DNA of 64,000 nucleotides from Hamiltosporidium tvaerminnensis FI-OER-3-3 (taxonomy: Eukaryota > Fungi > Microsporidia), in the NCBI GenBank assembly GCA_022605425.2, contig CM061247.1, forward strand, positions 1,178,001-1,242,000, given 5' to 3'. Shown piece by piece: positions 49,291 to 64,000 of the stretch. The number at the start of each line of letters is the position of its first letter. The stretch's first letter is position 1. The notes below the pieces were generated by a model. That model had not been told where the DNA came from. It worked only from the letters and a program-made list of their open reading frames with translations, and did no database searches. Position numbers and translations under genes: made by a program.

Positions 49291-52200
49291 AGGTTTAAGA
49301 GTTTTATTTTTACGAATTCTCTTAGGAGCGAATAAAGCCAATTACTTAAATCGCTTAATTCATAACAAAAGTAATGATGTCACATCGTTCTTAATATATA
49401 TGCAAATATTATCAACGCAGTGTATTTAAAAATAATATACTAATAAAAACTTCTAATAATAAAAAGTAAATTTTATATTTTCAATTTAAATATAAACTTT
49501 TTGTTTATTGCCATAAAAATCATAGTCGTACATTACAGACAGTATCGATTCAAAACATGTTTATAGCATGCTTTGTGCTGATTCTTTCCCTTCATATTTA
49601 TCATTTGTTAAACCGAATTTTAAGCAGGAAAACATATTGAAGTTTTTATCTACAAAATTATGTGATTTAACAAATTTTATAACTTCATTTTATGTATTAT
49701 CCATTAATATTCTGTAAAATCAACTATTATTTTGCATTATCACTAGATTTCCCCTGTGTGTTTATTAAAAATCATCATAATAAGAAAGTATACAATTATA
49801 AAAAAAATATCAGTCTATGATGTGGTATTACAAAAGAAATTTACTTTTATTATTTAGCATTCAATGTTCTTGATCTAGTAAACTAGGATATATAATTATA
49901 ACTTTCGCTTTTTATATTTTAAAATATCTTTCAATTTGACCGATATAATTTTCTAATTGATTTTCAGATAAAATTATAAAGTAGAAAACGATACGCTTTA
50001 TTGTTTACTTTTGAAAATTTGTAAATGAATCTATATCTGAAACTTATTAGATAAAGAAGGAAAAAAACTCTTGGTCGATATTTAAAATAAAAAAATATCA
50101 AAAACAAAACTTCTCAAACTAAAGCCTGAAAATAACAAAAGAAATAAGAAAAATATCAATGAAGATTTTCAGAGTAGTGAAATTTCATTTAAATCACAAA
50201 GGCTAATATAACTGCTGTTTTATGTTAAAAGATTATGTATTAAATGGTTTTTTTATGAAAATAGAAAAAAAATATTACTTTTAATAAATGAATTCTAGTT
50301 AACGTCGCTAATAATTATTTAATTGAAATAATTTTGAAGCTTTTCCTCTTCACAAAGGTTTTAATATAATTTTTTCGAGAGTCTGACTTAAAACCGAAAA
50401 TAATTTTACGTTTGAAAACTTTATATAGTTGAGAAACCGTATTCTAAAAATTTTTGATACAGTTTCAGCAAAAGCGAATTTAGACAATATCTATGTCCGT
50501 TTTTGCCTTAATAAAATATTTTATGAAAACTAATATTAACTGAATATTAAGATATAAAAAGATTAAATATATGTAAAAAGAAATTTTTACTAGGAATTTG
50601 AAAAGAAGAATTAATCTCAAAAGGTTTTTTTTGATATTAAAAAACGAAACATTTTTTCACAATGAATTATTTTCACATATAACATTGTCATAATTACTAT
50701 TTGTATAAAATAATAACTTCAATTTTTTTTAAAAATATAAGATTTATATTTGTAGTTCGTCCGAATAATGCAAACGAATGAGCTTTATAAAGTAAAGAAG
50801 GCACATACTAATATATCATATGCCTATATATAAAAAATAGTACATAGTTTAACAAAGTAGGCTTAAACATATTTTTCAAAACTTAACGCTGTTTTAAGTC
50901 TAACATTGATAGATATATTCCAAAACCTATTTTTAGCCCTTTAACGATTCCCACACTCCTTGCTCTCAATTTTTACTCTATAAAATCCAATTGCAAACCC
51001 CTGAGCTTTCTCGAGGTTCGTTAATTATTTGCTCATGGGTTTATGGTAGGTCAACATATATTACCCGGCCTTGAGAATAGCAACATTTTTTTAGACTCTA
51101 TTCATGAAAACGAATAAATTATACCAAGATATTCCCAATTTTACACCGAATCTATCGAGATTTTGCAATTGATAAAAAAAGGTATAAAGGGTATCTAAGT
51201 ATTTACGGCGTTCGAAATTTATGATTATTCATATCTTCTTCGCTTTTTAGGCTGGATGAAGTGAAACATACACGGTATCTCTATATTATTGGTCATTATT
51301 TTAGGTGCAATCACGGTTTTAAATCAAATCCCATAACCTGCCGCTTAGTTCTTAAAAGTATTTATTATAAGGAATATACCTTATAATACAAATCACCGAA
51401 TAACACTAAAAAATGATCGGGTTATTTTTCTGAATATATAGATGATATTATAACTTGATTTCTGTTATTCATAGCAAAAACATGTGTTTTTTGTTATGTT
51501 ATACTCTTTTGTGTTTTTTTCACTTTACTGAAAATATTAAAAGAGATTTTTTAGGTAAAGAAATAGCAATTTTAATTGGGTAATACATTGGTGCATGCAA
51601 ATTTGCAAATTTTCTGTAATTTAATTTATTGCCTTCATTTATAAAGAAATATTTTTGCATATATCAGAAGAAAGTTGTGATAATATACATTTCTATTTTT
51701 CAAAACTTTTAAAGTCGTATATGTATACATTTCATCATTTGTTGTATTCTTATGGTTTTATTTGGGTATTATTGCGCTTTATTGATAATTATACTATAGT
51801 TTCTTTTTATGTTTTGAAAGCATCTATAATTTGTTTTTTGATTTTATTTAATAAATTAATATATGTTTAACCATCAAATGATCTCTAACAAATTTTTCTA
51901 ATAATTAAAATAATTTATATTAGTTTTGTTAAAATAAACAATATAAAACAATTGGCAGAAGGTTCAATAGAATTTTTTTATACGAGTTTGATGATATTTA
52001 AATTCTAACTTCGTTTCTACGGTTATAATTTGGTTCAATTAAGCTTAAGATTTATGTATAAAGTGAGACGCTACTATTTTTTAGAATCCTTTCTTTTATA
52101 AGTTAGCTTTTACGAATATATAAGGCTTTTTTTTCAATTAAAGTAAATATGAAAATACCATATCTTTAATAAGTTGTCAAAATTTGATTCGTTTAAAAGC

Positions 52201-52543
52201 TTAAAACTGGATTAAAATTTAGCCTTACTCTAATAGATACAATGTTTTATGATTCGAAGAAACATTGAAATTGTATTTTTTAATAGTTATGGTAGGCTTG
52301 TTATATTCAAACAATTACTTTTGATTTATATTGCTTAGCGAGGTAAATCGATATATATAGTAATTTTTTATCCATATTTCAGTCAAAAAAAGTAATCTAT
52401 TTTGGTTCGAATCATAAAAGTGTTAATAGTATGTTAAAAATGGAATTACATCGTTGTGATCCAAATAAGACTCAATATGGAGTCCAAAAATTCCTTGAAT
52501 GCAAATCGAAGAAACCATTAATATTAAAGTTGCATTGTAAGAA

Positions 52544-53252
52544 TTTTATTTAAAAAATATCGATTAAAAATAGCGGTAAGTGTCATATTGTTTTCATGAC
52601 ATTTACGTAACTTCAGATCTAATATAAATTTCTCGCCCAAACGATACAATGATACCTCTTGCGATCCTCACATAACATAGTCTTTATATAAAAGAGGTGT
52701 TAAATCCAATTAATCGGCGGCAGTATCTTGGGGTCGTGATCTCGGTTGCATGATGTCTGATCGTAGCTCGTTATCCACCTTGTGCTTCTCTAGGACAATT
52801 ACGCACCGCCACTTACTTATTCTTTTCAGAACCTAAAAACTCTTAGATAAGATGTATTTCCGAGCCCTACGTGTGACATAACTAGGAATGGAACGACATA
52901 CTGACAGTAAAATCTTGTTACTTTGCGTATTGTGTCTTATGGCTTTATTTTCGTATTTCAAATACGCTAACTCTCTAGCCCGAGTGAACAAAGTACGTTT
53001 CAATGTTTTTATACGGCACTCATCCACATGTTAAGCTTCGGTCTGCTTCTAGTTAAATAAAAAACTACAAAAAAATTTAAAGAAAAAGTTTCGCTGTTTC
53101 ACAGACCTTCTATACTTTATACAAATTTTATCGAACACTACAATTATAGATTGGTTTTATGCCAGCCTAAAAGCAAAATGAAGATTTTCACTCCAATTTT
53201 ACATGCTTATTGCCAAAAAGATTGTTTTCTATGTGGCTATTCTCATTTCACC
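52544..53252 (-). mobile_element. Dispersed ~720-bp non-coding element family A, copy 4 (diverged, full length)
   Basis: Colinear with 19984-20712 from end to end: aaaatag.gg.aagtgt.at.ttgtttt.atgacatt, gttgcatg...tgatcg, ccacttact, aagat.tatttc, cccgagtga.caa, cggtctgc, aaaaactacaaa, aaaaagtttc...gtttc..agacct, atgtgg.tat.ctc..cacc. Confidence 0.8.
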
Positions 53253-56200
53253 TAAGTAAAATCTCATTATATCTTATTTTACTAGTTTTATCTATCCCGA
53301 TAAATTGATACCTATTAAGTTTATATATAATATCATTTTCGGGAAAGTTTCTGTGATATAGAAAGTTAGAATCAATGTGAAATATCTATATGCTTTAACT
53401 GCTAAAACATTTTTTTGCAAATCTTATGTTAAATCTATGACATACGAGGAGTTCCTTAAATCTAAAGTAATTTTTAATTCGGGTTTACTTCCTGCGAGAA
53501 TTCTAAGCAAATTTTTAATATTCAACGTTTAGAAATGATTCTCCAATTACGGTATGATACAAAGAGTCACTGTTTGTTTTTAATACGCTATTCCGATTAT
53601 AATATAATATTTTATTGAAAAAGTAATAAGAAAAAATCTAAAATTGCGAAAGGTAAGTGAAAACTTTCAAATTATTCTATTTTTTTTCATCCAGTCTTTT
53701 CTTTTATGCTGAAAAGCATTGTTAAACAGTTTTTTTTATTGTATTTAGATACTTTCACATTTACTTGCCAGTTACATTAAACATATCATACGACCTAATT
53801 ATTATATTTTATGATATTTCTAAATTCGAAAACAATTTTCTGAAAAATTGATCAACTTTTAATAAAAAAATCTACTCAAATGTTTAATTTATTATCAAAT
53901 AAAATCGATGTGTCACATAAAAAAAGATTATTTCTCGAAAAATTGTAAATATATTCTATATATTGCCTTCAGAATGAAATTTATAAAATGATGCAGTATT
54001 ACTTAATAAATATTTTTTTCAACGAAAATAGCTGATTATTAACATATTAAACCTTTAATTTTTCCCGAATTTAGCTGTATTTCTTGGTATAAATTATATT
54101 TTTGAATATTTTTAATCTTAATAATTTCTGTCGCAATAGATTTTGAATAAATCAGCATTTCTTTGTATTTTATCATTTAAAATTAATATACGCAAAAATT
54201 CGCTGCGGTTGAATTTTCAAATTTAATTTATAAAGATTTTTCATACTGTTTTTAAGTTTGAACTATTATAATCAAATACTACGGTGAATATCAGCAGAAA
54301 TATTCCTGTTATTCATAATTTTACAGTTTATTTTTTAAGTTTCTATTTCATACATTTTCTTTTGTAAGAAACATAAATTTCTAAACTTTCTATTGCATAA
54401 TATTTTACCATAGAATATTTCTGCGAAAAATCCGCTGTTTGATTTTTTTTGTTAACACAAAATCTGATTTTAAATCAAAAAATTAAAGAAAGTATTTCTT
54501 GTATAATCAAATATTTTGTTATTGGACATTACAATAGTAATATCAAGTAATAGTTATTATTTTTGGGTGCCGATAACTCATTGCAAACACCAAACCAAAA
54601 TATAATTCCAGGAATATTTTTTTAGCGACTACTAAAAAAAAGTTTATCATTTTTTACACGAATGTATTATGTTATGCACCAGTTCATATTTCAGATAGAT
54701 TTCATTGATTTTGAGTTACTTTAAAGTTTTTTTTATTTAATGCCAAAGAGTCTTCTTGTTTAGTTGAGTGAAAAATAAAGCGAAACGGCCTTAGACATTT
54801 TACATTCATTTTTCAAAGAATGATTAGCTCAATCTATATTCCAACCTTTATGCAAACTTAATTATTAAAAATCTAGATATTTATATCTCAGACCGATTAC
54901 GGTGTCGAATATATCTCACTATCAAGATATTCACACAAATAAAAGAGGCTAGATGATTTCCACTTTCTTTTCTGGTTATGTTTTTAAAAAAAATCATATC
55001 TAATTTTGAGTTAAAATTTTATCATATTCAAAGCAATTTTTGAGGGCCTAGTTTTAGAAATTTTTAACCCAAGAAATAAGAGTATATTTTACTATGTTTT
55101 AAAACATAGACACATTTATATTTTTATCGGAAATTTAATATTATAAATTATTTTCAAGGCATATTGCCATAAAATAAAATCAGATAGTTTTTAAATTAAC
55201 TTTGAATAAAAATTCTTTGGGCTGGAAAGCTTTTACTCCCGATATATATATCAAAAGATTAAATTCGAGTCGTATACTACATAAAGTCATTTATAGAATG
55301 CCCGAAAGTTTGATATAAATAGTAAATTTAAAGCTTTAATAAATATTGAGAAAAAAAATTTTAATAGGCGGCTTTTGATAATCTTAATAAAAAAATTTTA
55401 AATAAGCAGCTTGTGATAATCTTAATAGAAAAAATGTACCAAGTAGTTCAAGCATTTTAAAAATCTATTTTTCTAGAATCTTTATGACTGGAATACAATA
55501 AAACGACCTTTAAACTTCTGTGTGTATTTAAGACAATTCTTACCCGATATAATTTCACTAAAAGCTTATCTTGTAAGATTTAAGTAAGAATGCATTTGTT
55601 CATGTTATATTTAGTAACATTTCAAGTTTGATGTTTTAACCATTTCTAGGTTTATTTATCATAAAGATCCTAATTTGTGGTATTGCGGATTATCTTGGTG
55701 TTATTTTCTCCGTATAAACTCTGAAAATACAACACTATTTGTATATTATATTTGTTTTTTATATAATAGCTTGTTATTTTTCCTTGTTAAGCTTTAATTA
55801 TGAACCAAAGAATATTATTTGTAATTCTAAAAATAGTTATTTAAGCTCTGCTTTGCTTATTTTTCATATGCTTGAGATTAAATGATTTAAAACCGTTTCA
55901 GCTAAAACTTTTAAATAAATATTACAGACAATATGGAGTCGTTGTCTGTCATATCCAAAGAAAACGAGCCAATTTTTTATAGACATATTTGCTTGCGAAG
56001 TTCAGAGGAGATTGTTTAATTTTTTTCAACATGTCGTCTGAATATTCGCTTGTTTTTAGCTTTATATATAATATCAAAAAGTATACAGCTTTTAAACGGT
56101 TTCTCTCCTTTCACAATAAACGAAGAAACTATTCACAACTAAAAACATACTATTCGAGATCGTTCATCTTTACTTTTATAACTTTACTAAAATAATTATT

Positions 56201-59200
56201 AAAATTTTCGCAAAAATTATGGCTCATGTAAAAAAATTAAAAAGTGTAAAAAACCATGTTTTTTTTTGAAAATAAATCTCGGAATATAAATTTAAAGAAT
56301 ACAAAATTTAATATTTAAGTTAATAAAAAAAGGCTAGACCAAGCTTTTTGTTAGGATGGGTAATCAGCAATTTGTTTTAATCAACCGAAAATTCTTGGAG
56401 ATAAAAATATTACTTTAAACTATTCAATTTACAAGCCTATTAATTAGATTCAATACTCAAAAACAATATAGCTAGCATTGGGCTAAACTATTTATCTGAA
56501 AACTACAAAATAAAATTTCGTTATCGTCATAGATTTAAACTTCAAATATCTGGTAAGCTGTTTTGTCAACTTTATATTATAAACTATTTGATATATAGCT
56601 ACACGTTTTTTCTTTTGATATCTCAAACGCTTAATTTTAAATTAAGGATAATTAAACATTGCTGAAAAAATCATCAAAGAAAATTTTTATTCGTTTTCCA
56701 TCTTAAATTTTCAAACTTTGCTATTATAGCCGAAAGAAGAATTTCATGATTTAATTACCTAAACCATATATTATATCATAAGATTTCAAATATTTGTTGT
56801 ACAACAATAATGATCGTATATAAAACATGTCTAGAATAAACCTAAATTTTTTATAAAATTAAATTGCGTTTGTATGTCAAAACACAAAGGCCAGATAAAA
56901 AAAATTAACAATAAAATTTATGATTGATTTCTATTTTAGAAATAGACTGACTTCTTCTCCAAAAACAATATAGCTGCTGTATATTCATAGCCGATTATCG
57001 CGCATAGTTCAAAAAACTGAACATTTTTTTATTATTACATAAAAAAATATAAAGATTACTTCTAAAATTTTGTGTAAATTTTTATATTAAACTGAAAAAT
57101 ATTTTTTTGTTGCGTTTGTATCAGATACAATGAAGATGTATAGATTTAAATTTATAGAAATACCCAGTATGACTGAGAAAAAGATTAAGAAATAGACCGT
57201 CTAGTAGGTTCTGTTAAAAATAAATTTTACTTAGATCATATAATGTATTAGATTTGCGTAAATGGTACATTTGTCAAATTATGCTCTTTAGTCTATATTA
57301 TTCGTTTATGGACGAGAGTTCGGAAATTTAGGCAAGTTCAATGAATCATAGATTAGATGACTTTTTAATGCAGAGAATTTGCTAATCTTCTCTTTTCGAT
57401 TAAGATAGACGAAATTTTAAAAGTTAATTAGATCTTCTTTACATTAATGGTATTTCATATACTTTTTATATTTTGATGCGTTGATCTTTTCATAACCAAA
57501 ACCTAACTGTTTTAAAATTAATAGGGCGTAAACAGATAAGCGAACTTCGCTCATTGGAATACGACCTTAAATATTTCGCAACTAGACCAATGAAAAAATT
57601 TAGAAAAGTGCAACATTGTGTTATTTTATTTCAACAAAGCACTGATGGCACATAATTATGGAAAATTTTCTTAGATTGATTTTTCTAACTTAATATATCT
57701 TGTTCCATCAGATGAAATCCTTTTTTAAAAATAAAGTTAAATTACCTTTGGATTAGAATGCTATAATCCATATATGTTTCTGGAGAACAATACAAGCTTG
57801 AACCAAAACAAAAAAACTAGCTTAGACGTGTATATTGCACGAATAACAGCAGCAAAAAAGCATTATTAGCAAAAAGTATTCAAGCTGTACCTTGGTTTGA
57901 ATATCACATTTATCGTTTTTAATTGATGCATAAAGGATTGTTCATATAAATTACGATTGTAAAAAATAATTTTTACTCTTTCTTCGTTAAAAATATTTTT
58001 TAATTACAAAAACATATTGTAATTTGAGCTTACGATTTTTATCTTGGCTTATATTATGTTCTTAGTTGTTTAAAAATTGACATGAAAGAGATCATTCGGA
58101 AATTATTTTTATTTCGCTCCTTTGTACCAAAAGATTTACGAGAAACAAGTGAATGGTTATTAGGTACGGGAATTTACATAATTGCTATAAAAGACAATAA
58201 GCAAGGATATGAAATAAAATATCTTGAAAATAATTTCTCCTTTGGCCTTAAATAAGTAACCAAGACAAATGATACGTATAAAACTAAAAACCTTTGTGAG
58301 AAAATACAATATGTAGACTTAATGCTAAAAAATTTGTAAAAGAAATATGATGTAGTGAAAGAAAAAAAATTTTGAGAAATCGTATTGTTTTGGCCGATAA
58401 ACACGAAATTAACGCTTTAAAATATTTCGACTATCTTTATTAAAACATCAATAAATATGTTTCAGCTTTTCGACTCAAAAACGTAATTTATTTGCAGTAA
58501 ATATGTTCTTGGCCATGCATTGATATATTTATTTTAGACTCAAAACGAATCAAGTTTTTGTAAAAGGTGGAGATGGGTTCATTTCTAGTGTCTTTCGATT
58601 TTTAGACAAGAAATATAAAAACAATATATTATTGTGCCTTCACAAAATTTAATTTGAAAATCTAGTTTTAGAAGGCTTGTATGCATAGTAATTTTTATTC
58701 TGAGGCCTAATTATCATAACTTTACTCTTTAAGTTGTCAAAACATTTGTAAGACGATAAATACATATATATAAAAAACCGGGTTGTCACAAGTAAAAATA
58801 AAGCATTTTTAATAATGCATAATGCACAAGAGTTATATCAGAAACCTTATAAAACAAGCATCGTTTTTACTAAACATATAAAAACGCGAGAACTTCAAAC
58901 TTGTTACAAATAATTCACTTAGAAAGAAAGTAAGTTTAATTGCAAACTATACATTATAAAATAACAAACGAAGCTATAAATCTAAACTACTAACACAAAC
59001 AATAATATAAAAAAATATTAAGGCAAAAATGCAAAATACGATCTATTAATAGCGCGATCACGACAAAACTAGACAAAGTTAATATTTTATAGTTATCGAT
59101 GTATAATGTATAGAAAATGTAACTTTTTTAATTTAATTTTTTTTTAAATAAAAATTTATAAGCAAATGTAGAATAATATATATGTGATTTTTTAAAAGTT

Positions 59201-62200
59201 TTGAGTAGCTCTTAAAATCTTACAAATGATACAATGTCTGGCTAAGTACATAGAAACCAATTGTTTTTGTATCTTTTTAATAATAAAATTAGTTAATATG
59301 GACTTTAGAGGCGTTTTATATTCATAATACTATTTTTTTATTTACATCTTTAATAGTAAATCGACATAAGATTATTATAAGAGCTTATTTTAAAAAAACT
59401 TGATCTTGTGCATATTTAAGGTGTGTATAAACAATTTGTTCTATAAATACGCTGAAGAAAGTACATAAAGCTTTTCAGTGAAGCATAAGATTTCTATAAA
59501 AATTAAACTTAGCAACGCAGTAGGTAGTTTTGTTTAGGTGTGTACTGCAAGCCGTCTAGGTTTTTGTAATATCGTTATAGAAGCAGTGTATCTAAAATAT
59601 TTATAGATTTTAAAAAAATGCCACCAAATGATCAAGTTTTAGCTAAATTAATCTCTTGGATGGCCCTATTTAAGAAGGCATAAAGCAAACTATGATAAAA
59701 AGAGCGACTAAATTGTTTGGGATTTGCCTTGGAGCCTTTATCGAGGATTAAGAAACTATTATAAATCGATAAATAGGACAAGGAAACGTGTATTTTTTTC
59801 TTATTATAGAAAACTCACAGATCCTGCTATGAATATTTAAGAAAATATTGTTGTATAGATATGTAATATATAGAAATTTGATCTAACCCAAAATATAGCT
59901 TAATTTGAATCATATATACATAAAAATTATTTGCTATACGGAAATCGCTATAGTACGCTCTATAGAAACTAAAATGACGCGATCGCCTTTCTTAAAAATA
60001 TTAAAAAACAAAAACACCTATTCTATCAATAGCATATAAAAGATAAATTAATAAGTTACATCACTATAATTGAACGTACATTAAACATAATAGAAAATCA
60101 TTCTTTTGTGTACTTTTAGATATTTCCTGTGATACTTTTTTATCAAGCCGGCGAATTGCAACAACATAAGCTTAATGTAAATAAATATAACCAACCATCG
60201 TTTATCAGGGCTTTATATGGTTTTTTATGTAAAAAAATCTTACCAATAAAGTACAGATGACTTTTTTGGATCCAAGACTATGTTAAAATAATATGTTTTA
60301 GAGACATTCTAAAAAAGGCTGTTTATGATACTGCAAATAATTCTGTTACATATATCGGGTGTGTTTAATGTTTTTCGGCATTAACATAGGCTCAAAAAAA
60401 TGATTTATATAAAACTATCGAAATAGAAAGGATATTAAATTAAATATGTCTTGCAATCACTATAAAACCAGTAACATGTACGAACATATGTAACTTTAAA
60501 CGCTTAAAAAAATAAATGGCATACAATAAATTAATGTAATACAAAATTGACGCCTCATATGCATATATGCGAACTAATTTCTTTGTACATTGCTTGCCAA
60601 TCTTTCCTAGTAATATTTTTCGATATCGTTTAAGTTCAAGTAATTTAAATTTTAATTTTTTAGTAATCCCATTTTATTATTTACCTGTCATTACAAATAT
60701 TATTATACATGTAGGGTGTGGTCAGCATGATTCTTTCTAAATTTAATATTCTAGATATATTTCTATTTTCAATTTTACTTAAAATCAATTTTTGACTCAG
60801 AACATAAAATTCTTTCATATTAAATGAACTATTTTCTAGTATACGATAAAAAATGACAATATATCAAATAGAGATTTAAATTGGGTATGGATAGCTTAAC
60901 TTAATGAAAATTGCTTCACTATGTATATAAGATCTTATATTTATACTAAAAAATATTTGGAATTATCATTGTAAAAGAATATACGCCAAATGTTTATAAA
61001 AAACTAACACCCTTGATCATTGTAATTTCATTGCCTTTTATAAAATACTTAAAAAGGGTTTGGGCCTGTAAGTACCAGACGAACCACCCGAATTTTTAGT
61101 CTTTGAAATTTCTCACCGGGCAAGAGCTTAACCTCAGATTTGCTAAGACAAAATATTGCCTTACTATAAAGAATCTTTGAAACTATGTGCTCAAAATTAC
61201 TGGATAACGCTTTAATTAAAAATTGATGCTTAAATTAGGAATAATAGACCCAAAATATACTATAAATAGTGTTATTAATCATTTATTTAAAATTAAAATA
61301 GGGGTTTATTTTCGTCGTTTTGCCATTTGGTACAGAAGAATTCGGCAGAAAAAAGTTTTAGCCAAACACTATAGTGTTTCATAACGCTAATGCTATATAA
61401 ATGCTTTGTTTGCCAACTTTAATCGATATTTTCATAGTTTACCATAAAATACCTGTGAATGTAAAGGAATAATACAATCTATGGTCATTAGAAAGATAAT
61501 TAAGGTATTTTTTGATCAAAAGATAGAGTTGTAGCAGCACTAAGGATTAAAGAGCATTTCGAGAACGCATCACGGTGTGTTTTGCTAGTTTATTAACGCC
61601 AAGAAGCTTCGACACATTGTATTAGACAAAGGAATAATTTAAAACGGTGTTAGCAAGAAAAAAACGGAAAACTACAGATTACTTTAGTTGCGAAATCTCT
61701 TTGGGGGAAATGATAATATCATTGACGAAGACTCACACTTGAAATATGTGATTAAAAGGGGATATAAACCGTATAACGTTTCAAAGAGAAAAGTATTTTT
61801 CAACCTTAAATTTAATCAAAAGGTATTGTTTGGATTTATATTTATTTAAGGACGACTTTATAACTAAAGCTTTCTATGTCTTCGTATGGAAATTAGATTT
61901 AAAAAGCTATATCAATCCAACAATCATTGGTGAAATTTAAAAACTCAAAAACATATATAAGTAAGTAAAAATTTATTCTGCGGGCACAAAACACAATTAT
62001 AAAAACCTGCTAATAAATATAGTATACCTAAAACAACTGAAATCTTTTTGAAAAAGAACATGTTTATTCGGATTAGACAAAGTTACATAAAAAAATCTAT
62101 AAAAAAGAAACGCAATTTTATTTTTTTTATAAAATATCTATATTGTAAATAAATCTGGGATCTAAATGTATCCAAAAATATTTTTTTAAGGCTCTTAGAA

Positions 62201-63653
62201 GAATATTATAAGAGCATATTTTCAAAATTACAGAAGAGGGTAGTAAAACTTCATTCGATCTCAAGTAGCTTTATAGATTTTGCTTAAAGAGTAATAATAT
62301 GGTTTATGTATGGGCGTCTGTTTACGCGTTATTTTTTTGGAAGCGACTTACGCTATTCCTGAATTCAAAAATAATGACGCATCGGCAACACAAAGATGGG
62401 TTTCCTAGGCCAGAATCATAAACATATAGACAATATCTTAAAGATATGATATAATTCTGATTATTTTGGATATATGTTCTAAATATTTTTATAGTATAAT
62501 TATAAACGAAATCTGTCAAAACATATCAAAATTTTTTCTCGAATTGTTGTTCAAAGATTTCCACGTGAAATACTGCATCACATTTTTAAAATATTCTGTT
62601 GTATGAATAAACTATAGATACGCTTTTATATGTAGAAGTATCTTTGGAAAAGAACATCTACGCAAACAGAAGCAAGTTAAGCGAGCGAATTTAACAAACT
62701 CACGAGATCTTGTAAAGAAATTTTTAAATTCACATATCTAAATATGAATTTCTGTACTTGATAAAGTATATATCGGATACAATATCGCATTATAAAAAAA
62801 CATTTGTTTTCTATCGATGAGCATCATAAGATTATGGTACGAATTAGCCCACGAATCGCTTCAAAGTCATAGGAGGTAGAAATATATGATGGTTATGTCA
62901 AAATAATTCTTGGAAGTTTTTTGCTGTAAATAGACATCGATACCGATACTTCTTATATCAGTAATCAATCGATAAAAAATGATATTTTAATACCGAGCCG
63001 TGATTTGACACCTTAATAGTACTTCGAAATCTATAAAACCAGTACGGAAAAGCTCAAACTTCAATGCAATTTTGGAGGCCGCTAGAACTAAGAAGTTATC
63101 CAAACGACAAGATATGTTAATTTCAGTAAAAAAAATTAAGTTTTTTTAAGATTATTTTATTCTTATAAAAAGCTGCGATACGAATAAAAATTCCATTAAA
63201 ACAGAATTTGAAACGCTTTTCGTATAATACTATTTAGTCTATCTTTTAGCATATCTTAATAATTGGTTTTGCGTTTAACTAAACATGAAAGCATTTGTGA
63301 AACATATTTGGCCTCAATATCCGAGTTTAATTAAGTATTATTTAAAATATAATCTTTTTTCTTATATTTTAAATTTATATTTTTTCCATCCCTTTTTTTT
63401 TAATTAATTTTACTTTTATAGTATTTTATTGTTGTTTAAAGAAATTATAGATGAAATTAACTGTACTTATTTTCTCTCGACTTTTTAAATAAACTTCAAG
63501 TAAGTAAGTAAATCTAAATAAATAAAACACAAAATAAATACTATTGCTGTAATATTGAAAAGAAAACCCTTCGGTTTATTATTTTAACACATTATTTTAA
63601 TATTTTGCACTCGTTATGATGTCTGTTTCATTAAGATTCTGAGTATGATATAA

Positions 63654-63908
63654 GGTTGAGAAAAATATCCACATTAGAATTTTTTACTGAGCAATGAGTG
63701 TGTACAATTCATGTGAAAATTATTGCTGCGATTGTGGTGGGATATAAACTCTACTAGTTTAGAAACGAATCTCTATATTTCCGGTTACAACCGATTAAAA
63801 GAAGCAAAAGGAAAACTTTAATTTGTTGATCAACAAAAGCGAGAAGGCGAAGGAGAACGGAATAACTAAATAAGTAGAAAATAAGCATTTTATATTAAAT
63901 GTTACCTT
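63654..63908 (+). repeat. Short element family B, copy 3
   Basis: ggttgagaaaaatatccacatt...gcaatgagtgtgt...gtgaaaattattgc...ggtgggatataaac, then ccggttacaaccgattaaaagaagcaa, shared with the other B copies. The right boundary is approximate. Confidence 0.65.
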
Positions 63909-64000
63909 GATTCTGTCGGTTGCGGATTTTAGTCTTTATTGCTGTTTAAAATACAACTGTTATTTTTAGTAATTTATAAACAAAAAAATAACTTTGGTTC

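Noticed and set aside
27808-62519. 60-90 aa F/I/K/Y-rich ORFs in the right half
   Set aside because: Their composition and length are as expected by chance in very AT-rich DNA; many have non-ATG starts and none has a family motif.

Overview
Very AT-rich, gene-sparse eukaryotic DNA. By inference it comes from a large-genome microsporidian (Hamiltosporidium-like): the genes are intronless and divergent, CCC/AAATTT motifs lie just upstream of start codons, and PDH E1-alpha has no obvious presequence. The first 23 kb carry a cyclin H-like gene, PDH E1-alpha, V-ATPase subunit a, a Hub1/UBL5-like gene and one orphan ORF. Mobile DNA includes a frameshifted R4/Dong-type non-LTR retrotransposon plus a decayed 3' fragment of it, a DD39D (plant-type) mariner with TIRs and TA target, a 681-bp Ginger2-like deletion derivative with TGT...ACA ends and a TATC TSD, and a 239-bp RTE-like SINE with a 15-bp TSD. 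The most unusual signal is an unannotated dispersed ~720-bp non-coding element with 4 full-length copies. It has no TIRs and shows strand-specific structured-RNA hallmarks (C-UUCG-G and GNRA-type loops, G-U stems). Its ~110-nt 5' head is reused by a second, ~250-bp family (3 copies). Two copies form an inverted pair around the Hub1/UBL5 gene, and one abuts the R4 retroelement. From about 27.3 kb to the end there is no intact gene.
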